A stretch of 36,526 nucleotides of DNA from a virus (taxonomy: Duplodnaviria > Heunggongvirae > Uroviricota > Caudoviricetes): IMG/VR virus record IMGVR_UViG_2531839145_000010. The stretch is one strand, 5' to 3'. Shown piece after piece: positions 28,714 to 36,526 of the stretch (positions are counted from its first letter, which is position 1; each line of letters begins with the position of its first letter). Below the pieces are notes generated by a model. That model worked only from the letters and a program-made list of their open reading frames with translations. It ran no database searches and was not told the origin of the DNA. A program made the translations under genes and the position numbers.

Positions 28714-31700
28714 TAATAACCTGCGCCTGCAGGTCATTCTTAATGCGGTTGACAAACTCACCCGCCCATTCCGTGCTGCACAGGCCAGTTCGAAAGAGCT
28801 GGCTGGCGCAATTCAGAATACCCGAAACAGCCTCAAAGAACTGAATAAGCAGGCTGGCAGAATTGATGAATTTCGCAAGACGCGCTCGCAACTAGCCATA
28901 ACAGCCAACAACCTGAACGCAGCCCGCGAAGAGGCGGCAAAACTCGCCACACAATTTGCTGCCACTAACAGGCCAACCGCCGCGCAGGCAAAGTTATTCA
29001 GTCAGGCCAAAACACGAGTACAGGAACTTCAGCAGACCTATAACGGCTTGTTGGGGGCGGTCCAGAGACAACGTCAGGCACTTAAAGAATCAGGGATTGA
29101 TACCAGACAACTCAGTAGTGCCCAGCGAGAACTTAAGAAAAATGCTGAAGAAACAAGGCAGGCACTGGAGGGCCAGCAAAAAGCACTTAAACGTCTGGGT
29201 GAACAACAGGCACGGATGAACGCTGCCAGAGAACAATACTCAAGACGGCTTGAAGTGCGCGATCGCATCGCAGGAGCCGGAGCCACTACCACGGCTGCAG
29301 GGCTGGCAATGGGTGCGCCAGTGATGGCGGCGGTAAAAAGCTATACCAGCATGGAAGATGCCATGAAAGGTGTGGCAAAGCAGGTCAATGGTCTGCGTGA
29401 CGATAATGGCAACCGCACTGCGCGTTTTTACGAAATGCAGGATGCCATCAAAGCTGCCAGTGAACAGCTGCCAATGGAAAACGGTGCTGTGGACTTCGCC
29501 GCACTGGTTGAAGGTGGTGCGCGCATGAATGTGGCAAACCCTGACGACAGCTGGGAGGACCAGAAACGTGACCTGCTGGCCTTCGCCAGTACGGCAGCAA
29601 AGGCGGCAACAGCCTTTGAGCTGCCAGCGGATGAACTGTCAGAAAGTCTGGGGAAAATCGCCCAGCTCTACAAAATACCAACCCGCAATATTGAACAGCT
29701 CGGTGATGCGCTGAACTATCTGGATGATAACGCTATGTCGAAAGGGGCAGACATCATTGATGTCATGCAACGCCTGGGCGGTGTGGCTGATCGTCTGGAT
29801 TATCGTAAAGCGGCGGCGCTGGGTTCCACCTTCCTGACACTGGGGGCTGCGCCGGAGGTCGCTGCCAGTGCTGCCAACGCGATGGTGCGTGAATTGTCCA
29901 TTGCGACCATGCAAAGCAAGAGTTTCTTTGAAGGAATGAATCTGCTGAAACTCAATCCTGAAGTGATTGAAAAGCAGATGACGAAGGATGCGATGGGAAC
30001 TATCCAGCGCGTACTGGAGAAGGTGAACGCACTGCCGCAGGATAAGCGCCTGTCTGCCATGACCATGTTGTTTGGTAAAGAGTTTGGCGATGATGCGGCG
30101 AAACTGGCAAACAACCTGCCGGAACTGCAGCGCCAGCTAAAACTGACAGCGGGCAATGATGCGCTCGGTTCGATGCAGAAAGAATCCGACATTAACAAGG
30201 ACTCACTTTCTGCGCAGTGGTTGCTGGTCAAAACCGGAGCGCAGAACACCTTCAGCAGCCTGGGCGAAACGCTGCGCCAGCCGCTGATGGATATTCTGTA
30301 CACGGTGAAAAGCATCACGGGGGCGTTGCGTCGCTGGGTGGAAGCTAACCCTGAACTGACGGGCACACTGATGAAAGTAGCCGCGGTTGTGGCTGCTGTT
30401 ACTGTGGGCCTCGGCACCCTGGCTGTGGTGTTGGCTGCTGTGCTGGGGCCGCTGGCAGTCATCCGTCTGGGATTCTCTGTGCTGGGTATCAAAACGTTAC
30501 CTTCCGTTACGGCAGCAGTAACTCGAACCAGCAACGCGTTGTCCTGGCTGGCTGGCGCACCACTGGCACTGCTGCGACGCGGGCTTGCTTCATCGGGCAA
30601 TGCTGCGGGTTTACTTACTGCGCCGTTGTCGTCTTTGCGCCGCACGGCATCACTGACGGGAAATGTCCTGAAAACTGTAGCAGGTGCGCCGGTTGCACTT
30701 TTGCGTTCTGGATTATCCGGTTTACGTGCTGTTGCTGTGATGTTTATGAATCCTCTGGCGGTACTGCGCGGTGGACTGACCGCCGCAGGCACGGTGCTGC
30801 GAGTACTGGCATCTGGTCCACTGGCGATGCTGCGCGTTGCCCTGTATGCCATATCTGGTCTGTTAGGTGCTCTGCTCAGTCCGATAGGTCTTGTGGTTAC
30901 TGTACTGGCAGGCGTGGCGCTGGTTGTCTGGAAATACTGGCAACCCATCACCGCATTTCTCGGTGGCGTGGTGGAGGGATTCAAAGCGGCGGCAGGTCCC
31001 ATCAGTGCTGCATTCGAACCACTTAAGCCTGTGTTTCAGTGGATTGGCGACAAAGTACAGGCGCTGTGGGGCTGGTTTACTGATCTGCTGACGCCCGTTA
31101 AGTCGACCTCTGCCGAACTGCAGAGTGCAGCGGCAATGGGGCGACGATTCGGGGAGGCTCTGGCGGAAGGGCTGAATATGGTCATGCATCCGCTGGACTC
31201 CCTGAAATCCGGCGTTTCCTGGTTGCTGGAGAAACTTGGCATTGTCAGTAAAGAGGCCGCAAAGGCGAAACTGCCGGAAAGCGTGACGCGTCAGCAACCT
31301 GCGACGGTGAATGCAGACGGTAAAGTGATGATGCCATCGGGTGGTTTTCCGTCATGGGGATATGGCTTTGCGGGGATGTATGACAGCGGCGGGTATATCC
31401 CGCGCGGGCAGTTTGGCATCGTCGGTGAAAACGGGCCGGAAATTGTTAACGGCCCGGCAAATGTGACCAGCCGGAGAAATACAGCTGCACTGGCTGCCGT
31501 TGTTGCCGGAATGATGGGTGTTGCTGCTACGCCAGCAGAGCTTCCACCGTTGCACCCTTTGGCACTTCCCGCGAAAGGCGGTGAAGCGATGGTGAGTCGT
31601 GCAGCCACTGTGCCGCCCGTTCAACGGATTGAGGCACCGATGCAGATCATCATTCAGACGCAGCCAGGACAAAGTGCGCAGGATATTGCGCGGGAGGTGG

Positions 31701-31783
31701 CCCGCCAGCTTGATGAACGTGAACGCAGGCTGAAGGCAAAAGCCAGGAGTAACTACAGCGATCAGGGGGGATACGACGCATGA
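28706..31783 (+). CDS. T: Tail tape measure protein (gpT)
   Basis: 1025 aa, helical Ala/Gln-rich N-terminal part and hydrophobic central region; follows E/E'. Confidence 0.9.
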   Translation: MSDNNLRLQVILNAVDKLTRPFRAAQASSKELAGAIQNTRNSLKELNKQAGRIDEFRKTRSQLAITANNLNAAREEAAKLATQFAATNRPTAAQAKLFSQAKTRVQELQQTYNGLLGAVQRQRQALKESGIDTRQLSSAQRELKKNAEETRQALEGQQKALKRLGEQQARMNAAREQYSRRLEVRDRIAGAGATTTAAGLAMGAPVMAAVKSYTSMEDAMKGVAKQVNGLRDDNGNRTARFYEMQDAIKAASEQLPMENGAVDFAALVEGGARMNVANPDDSWEDQKRDLLAFASTAAKAATAFELPADELSESLGKIAQLYKIPTRNIEQLGDALNYLDDNAMSKGADIIDVMQRLGGVADRLDYRKAAALGSTFLTLGAAPEVAASAANAMVRELSIATMQSKSFFEGMNLLKLNPEVIEKQMTKDAMGTIQRVLEKVNALPQDKRLSAMTMLFGKEFGDDAAKLANNLPELQRQLKLTAGNDALGSMQKESDINKDSLSAQWLLVKTGAQNTFSSLGETLRQPLMDILYTVKSITGALRRWVEANPELTGTLMKVAAVVAAVTVGLGTLAVVLAAVLGPLAVIRLGFSVLGIKTLPSVTAAVTRTSNALSWLAGAPLALLRRGLASSGNAAGLLTAPLSSLRRTASLTGNVLKTVAGAPVALLRSGLSGLRAVAVMFMNPLAVLRGGLTAAGTVLRVLASGPLAMLRVALYAISGLLGALLSPIGLVVTVLAGVALVVWKYWQPITAFLGGVVEGFKAAAGPISAAFEPLKPVFQWIGDKVQALWGWFTDLLTPVKSTSAELQSAAAMGRRFGEALAEGLNMVMHPLDSLKSGVSWLLEKLGIVSKEAAKAKLPESVTRQQPATVNADGKVMMPSGGFPSWGYGFAGMYDSGGYIPRGQFGIVGENGPEIVNGPANVTSRRNTAALAAVVAGMMGVAATPAELPPLHPLALPAKGGEAMVSRAATVPPVQRIEAPMQIIIQTQPGQSAQDIAREVARQLDERERRLKAKARSNYSDQGGYDA

Positions 31784-32265
31784 TGATGGTGCTGGGATTG
31801 TACGTGTTTATGCTGCGCACCGTGCCGTATCAGGAGCTGCAGTATCAACGCAGCTGGCGACATGCGGCAAACAGCCGGGTAAACCGACGCCCGTCAACGC
31901 AGTTTCTGGGACCGGACAACGACATGCTGACGCTTTCTGGTGTTCTTATGCCGGAGGTAACGGGCGGCAGGCTGTCGTTGCTGGCTCTGGAGCAGATGGC
32001 AGAACAGGGAAAAGCATGGCCCCTGATTGAAGGCAGCGGCACGATTTACGGCATGTATGTGATTGAGGGACTGAATCAGACTAAAACGGAGTTTTTCCGC
32101 GACGGTATGCCGCGCCGGATTGAGTTCACCCTGTCGCTAAAACGCGTGGATGAATCCCTGTCCGATATGTTCGGTGATCTCAGTGCGCAACTGAATAATC
32201 TGCAGGGAACGGCAACATCTGCCTTAAGCGATATCAGTAAAACGGTGGGAGGGCTGCTGTCGTGA
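31780..32265 (+). CDS. U: Tail protein U
   Basis: 161 aa; position after T, overlapping stop/start. Confidence 0.8.
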   Translation: MMMVLGLYVFMLRTVPYQELQYQRSWRHAANSRVNRRPSTQFLGPDNDMLTLSGVLMPEVTGGRLSLLALEQMAEQGKAWPLIEGSGTIYGMYVIEGLNQTKTEFFRDGMPRRIEFTLSLKRVDESLSDMFGDLSAQLNNLQGTATSALSDISKTVGGLLS

Positions 32266-33362
32266 ATTTCAGCTCTGAACTGCTTAACAAAGGCAACAAA
32301 ACTCCGGCATTCAGCATCAGTATTGAAGGCAGGGATATCACCACTGTGCTGGACAACCGCCTGATGGGGCTGACGCTGACGGATAACCGGGGCTTTGAAG
32401 CGGACCAGCTTGATCTGGAGCTGGACGACGCCGATGGAAAAATCGTGCTGCCGCGCCGTGGGGCTGTCATTACGCTGGCGCTGGGCTGGAAGGGACAGCC
32501 GCTTTTCCCGAAAGGGGCATTCACGGTGGACGAGATTGAACACACTGGCGCACCGGATCGCCTGACTATCCGGGCGCGAAGTGCTGATTTTCGTGAAACG
32601 CTGAATACCCGCCGTGAAAAGTCGTGGCACAAGACCACCGTTGGGGAAGTGGTGAAGGAAATAGCTGCGCGGCACAAACTGAAGATGGCATTGGGTGAAG
32701 ACTTGTCGGATAAACTCGTGGAGCATATAGACCAGACTAATGAGAGTGACGGCAGTTTTTTGATGCGGCTGGCGCGCCAGTACGGTGCTATTGCGTCGGT
32801 GAAAAATGGCAATCTGTTATTCATCCGGCAGGGGCAGGGTAAAAGCGCCAGCGGTAAACCACTACCGGTGATCACTATCACACGCAAGGACGGCGACAGT
32901 CACCGCTTTACCCTGGCAGATCGCGGAGCTTACACGGGCGTCATTGCCAGCTGGTTGCATACCCGCGAACCCGCGAAGAAAGAAAGCACCACGGTGAAGC
33001 GTAAGCGCAGGACTAAGAAGCAGAAGAAAGAGCCGGAAGCGAAGCAGGGCGATTACCTGGTGGGTACGGATGAAAACGTGCTGGTACTTAATCGCACTTA
33101 TGCCAACCGGAGCAACGCCGAACGGGCAGCGAAAATGCAGTGGGAACGCCTGCAACGCGGCGTTGCATCATTCTCGCTACAACTGGCGGAAGGGCGGGCA
33201 GATCTCTACACAGAAATGCCTGTGAAGGTCAGTGGCTTTAAACAGCCGATAGATGATGCGGAATGGACCATTACGACTCTGACGCATACCGTCAGCCCGG
33301 ATAACGGTTTTACGACCAGTCTGGAGCTTGAAGTGAGGATTGATGATTTCGAAATGGAATGA
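32262..33362 (+). CDS. D: Tail protein D (late control D family)
   Basis: 366 aa; GTG start overlapping U stop; last structural gene before ogr. Confidence 0.85.
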   Translation: MNFSSELLNKGNKTPAFSISIEGRDITTVLDNRLMGLTLTDNRGFEADQLDLELDDADGKIVLPRRGAVITLALGWKGQPLFPKGAFTVDEIEHTGAPDRLTIRARSADFRETLNTRREKSWHKTTVGEVVKEIAARHKLKMALGEDLSDKLVEHIDQTNESDGSFLMRLARQYGAIASVKNGNLLFIRQGQGKSASGKPLPVITITRKDGDSHRFTLADRGAYTGVIASWLHTREPAKKESTTVKRKRRTKKQKKEPEAKQGDYLVGTDENVLVLNRTYANRSNAERAAKMQWERLQRGVASFSLQLAEGRADLYTEMPVKVSGFKQPIDDAEWTITTLTHTVSPDNGFTTSLELEVRIDDFEME

Positions 33363-33452
33363 CTCTTCGCAATGGAGAACTTTTAAGTTTGCAAAATGGA
33401 ATAATGCGGTATCATTATTGTGAATTTAGCAAAAATGGGGAGAACTCGAAAA

Positions 33453-33671
33453 ATGATGATTTGCCCACTGTGTGGAAGTGCCGCCCATACTCGCAGCAGT
33501 TTTCAGGTATCTTCATTGACCAAAGAGCGTTACAACCAGTGCCAGAACATTAACTGCAGCCATACTTTTGTTACCCATGAAACTTTTGTTCGTTCGATTG
33601 CAACGCCAAAAGAGTCAAATCCGGTTCAGCCGCATCCAATGAAATCAGGACAGGTGGCGCTCTCTCTTTGA
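33453..33671 (+). CDS. ogr: Ogr/Delta-family zinc-finger late transcription activator
   Basis: CPLCGSAAHTRSS...KERYNQCQNINCSHTF matches recalled P2 Ogr (CPLCQHAAHARTS...KERYHQCQNVNCSATF). Confidence 0.85.
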   Translation: MMICPLCGSAAHTRSSFQVSSLTKERYNQCQNINCSHTFVTHETFVRSIATPKESNPVQPHPMKSGQVALSL

Positions 33672-33693
33672 CGCTGCCGCCATTTTGTCGCCA
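33672..33693. repeat. Right copy of prophage attachment-site core (attR)
   Basis: cgctgccgccaTtttgtcgcca, 21/22 identical to 19-40; immediately after the ogr stop. Confidence 0.6.
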
Positions 33694-33906
33694 TCGTTAA
33701 AAAACAGTGCTTCTAACATCATGATTTTAATAGGCATAAATTTCAGGCAACAAAAAACCCATCAACCTTGAACCGAAATGGCGGGGTTGATGGGCTCCAC
33801 AAAATGGGGACATCAAAGAAAAGCAGTGGCACTAATTAAGACTGATGCCCTGCGGAAAAGTTCTGCGGTTGTGCAAAAAAATTTCATTTTCAGGGCAACT
33901 TCAGTT

Positions 33907-35592
33907 TTATCCTAATCCTGGCCATACCATGACGATGATTGTCCCTGCCAGCGTCAGCAGGACGTTGGCGATTGCATAGGTGCCCGCATAGCCCAGCGCC
34001 GGGATGTTACTGCGAGCTGTATCACTGATGATCTCCATTGCCGGCGCGCAGGTGCGTGCGCCCATCATTGCGCCGAACAACAGTGCGCGGTTCATTCGCA
34101 ATACATAAGCACCGAACAAGAAACAGATAACCACTGGCACAAGACTGACAATCAATCCGGCAATCAACATCTGACCGCCAATCGCGCCCAGGCCGTTATT
34201 AATACCGCTACCGGCGCTCAGACCAACGCCTGCCATAAACACCATTAAGCCGAACTCTTTCACCATGCTTAATGCACCCTGCGGAATGTAACCGAAGGTC
34301 GGGTGGTTAGCGCGCATAAATCCCAGCATAATTCCGGCGAATAACAACCCGGCAGCGTTCCCCATGCCGAAACTGAATGTGCTGAACTGGAAGGTGATCA
34401 TCCCGATCATCAGCCCAATAACAAAGAAGGCGCAGAATGCCAGCAAGTCAGTGACCTGGCTGTGAATCGAGATAAAGCCGATGCGATCGGCGATGGTTTT
34501 TACGCGACGGGCATCGCCGCTGACTTGTAAAACGTCACCTTTGTTAAGCACGACGTTGTCATCTATCGGCATCTCAATCTGGCTACGAATGACGCGGTTA
34601 AGGAAGCAACCGTGATCGGTCAACTTCAGTTGTGCGAGACGTTTGCCAACGGCGTTATGGTTTTTAACGACCACTTCTTCAGTGACAATACGCATGTCGA
34701 GAAGGTCACGATCGAAAACTTCTTTGCCGTTACGGAAGCTGGGATCGAGTCGGGCGTGGGCGTCGGGATAGCCTACCAACGCTATTTCATCGCCCATTTG
34801 TAGCACAGCATCACCGTCTGGATTCGCCAGAATCCCGTTACGTCGAATACGTTCAATGTAGCAGCCAGTTTGTCGATAAATACCCAGTTCACGCAGATTT
34901 TTGCCGTCGGTCCAGGCCACCAGCTCCGGGCCGACGCGGTAGGCTCGGATCACCGGTAAATAAACCTTACGGTTGGCATCAGTGTCCAGGCCACGTTCGC
35001 GGGCGATTTGCTGGGCGCTGGTCTGTAAGTCCTGATGCTGCAATTTCGGCAAGTAACGCGCACCAACAATCAAACTCACCAGACCGATTAAATAGGTTAA
35101 GGCATACCCGAGGCTCAGATTATCCAGTGCCAGTGAGAGCTGCCTGCTTTCCATGCCGGAATGACGCAGTGTATCGCCAGCACCGACCAGAACCGGTGTT
35201 GACGTCATAGAGCCAGCTAACATACCGGCCGTCAGGCCAATATCCCAGCCAAACAGCTTACCTAACCCTAAGGCGATCACCAGCGCACTGCCAACCATCA
35301 CCAGTGCTAACATTAGGTAATTTTTCCCATCGCGAAAAAAAATGGAAAAAAAGTTCGGTCCGGCTTCGACCCCGACGCAGAAAATAAACAGCATAAAGCC
35401 AAGATTAAGCGCGTCGGTGTTAATGCTGAAATGTTGTTGGCCTAATAACAGCGATACGACTAAAACGCCAATGGAATTACCCAGTTGGATCGAACCAAGT
35501 CGTAATTTCCCGAGACATAGCCCAAGCGCGAGGACCACAAATAATAACAGAATGTAATTCCCATTTAACAATTCGGCGACGTTTATATTCAC
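33907..35592 (-). CDS. ybjL: AAE-family putative transporter YbjL (host gene)
   Basis: 561-aa polytopic membrane protein; recognised from memory as E. coli YbjL; outside the att repeats. Confidence 0.8.
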
Positions 35593-35861
35593 GGAGGCTA
35601 ACTTCTTGTTTACTAGTAAGCTGTTGAAAGAAATGGTAATTTACGATAATGTTTTTTACCAGAATTCAGGGCGCAGATTCATTCAGCGCACCTAAACGAT
35701 AGTAAAGTAACAATATATTTTACTAGTGTAATCACATTAGGTATCAACGGCTATATGAATTGCGTTGGCCTATATTAGCATGGAATGCGAAGCGGCTTTA
35801 TCTTACTGAACGCCACACTGGCGAAAAATGTGTTCGATAGACGCAGTGTCAGGAGGAACGA

Positions 35862-36239
35862 GTGAAACATAAACAACGTTGGGCGGGGGCAATCTGCTGT
35901 TTTGTCCTCTTCATTGTGGTGTGTCTTTTTCTGGCGACGCACATGAAAGGCGCTTTTCGGGCTGCCGGGCATCCTGAAATCGGTTTGCTATTTTTCATTC
36001 TTCCTGGTGCAGTTGCCAGCTTCTTTTCACATCGTAGAGAAGTCCTGAAACCTCTGTTTGGCGCAATGCTGGCGGCACCCTGTTCGATGCTCATTATGCG
36101 GCTGTTTTTTTCACCGACGCGCTCATTCTGGCAAGAGCTGGCATGGTTATTAAGTGCGGTGTTCTGGTGTGCGCTGGGGGCATTGTGTTTCTTATTTATC
36201 AGTAGTTTGTTTAAACCACAGCACAGAAAAAATCAATAA
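35862..36239 (+). CDS. ybjM: Inner membrane protein YbjM (host gene)
   Basis: 125-aa hydrophobic protein between ybjL and grxA, as in the E. coli chromosome. Confidence 0.7.
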   Translation: MKHKQRWAGAICCFVLFIVVCLFLATHMKGAFRAAGHPEIGLLFFILPGAVASFFSHRREVLKPLFGAMLAAPCSMLIMRLFFSPTRSFWQELAWLLSAVFWCALGALCFLFISSLFKPQHRKNQ

Positions 36240-36260
36240 AGCCCTCAATGCGAGGGCTTG
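36238..36260. terminator. Bidirectional terminator between ybjM and grxA
   Basis: gccctc-aatgc-gagggc hairpin; T-rich run on the minus strand. Confidence 0.5.
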
Positions 36261-36268
36261 TCAGACGA

Positions 36269-36526
36269 TCAGGCGTCCAGATTCTCTTTCACCCATGCAG
36301 CAAAATCGGTATAGCCGCCGATATGTTGCTGATCGACAAAAATCTGCGGCACGGTTTCTACGGGTTTACCTGCCTTTTGTTGTAGATCTTCTTTAGTGAT
36401 CCCTTCCGCACGAATATCTACATACTGATACTGGAAATCATCGCGTTCATTGCTCAATTTCTCAGCCAGATCTTTTGCACGCACACAGTAAGGGCAACCC
36501 GGACGACCAAAAATAACGGTTTGCAT
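36269..36526 (-). CDS. grxA: Glutaredoxin 1 (host gene)
   Basis: 85 aa with CPYC active site; start codon is the last three bases of the window. Confidence 0.9.
   Translation of the reverse strand: MQTVIFGRPGCPYCVRAKDLAEKLSNERDDFQYQYVDIRAEGITKEDLQQKAGKPVETVPQIFVDQQHIGGYTDFAAWVKENLDA

Noticed and set aside
29800-31002. 400-aa minus-strand ORF inside the tape-measure gene
   Set aside because: Antisense to a confidently assigned gene; low-complexity Ala/Ser/Thr/Pro-rich translation typical of an open antisense frame.
32076-32887. Two ~216-aa minus-strand ORFs across the U/D genes
   Set aside because: Antisense to the tail genes, mutually overlapping, with implausible composition.
33750-33810. 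Inverted repeat cccatcaacc...ggttgatggg between attR and ybjL
   Set aside because: Long loop and no adjacent T-tract; could be a host REP-like element or weak terminator, but cannot be assigned from sequence alone.
1-36526. CRISPR arrays, tRNA or rRNA genes
   Set aside because: No regularly spaced short repeats and no tRNA-like sequence were seen; the att core overlaps the int 3' end rather than a tRNA gene.

Overview
The window is an essentially complete P2/186-type (peduovirus-like) temperate prophage of about 33.7 kb, in a chromosomal context that looks like Escherichia ybjL-ybjM-grxA. It is bounded by a 22-bp imperfect direct repeat (19-40 and 33672-33693); the left copy lies inside the 3' end of the integrase gene. 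Gene order is int, 186-type CI repressor, Apl/Cox, CII, small early ORFs, TraR-like zinc finger, ASCH-like, Dam methylase, replication initiator A, then a LexA-boxed ORF62 plus DinI-like pair, then a probable cos site, then portal, terminase and the full head, lysis, tail and ogr modules. Two AT-rich cargo loci interrupt the backbone: a translationally coupled three-gene operon (8477-11227, minus strand) in the old/tin position, which I could not assign to any family and rank as the best candidate for an undescribed anti-phage system, and a single 289-aa gene (20750-21616) in the orf30 position between S and V with a possible HEPN-like R-x4-H motif. Other points: the scaffold gene O is split by a one-base frameshift in an A6 run, the lysis cassette is a pinholin plus SAR-endolysin type, and the E/E' slippery heptamer TTTTTTG is present. 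All family assignments are from reading the translations and recalled homologies; no searches were run.
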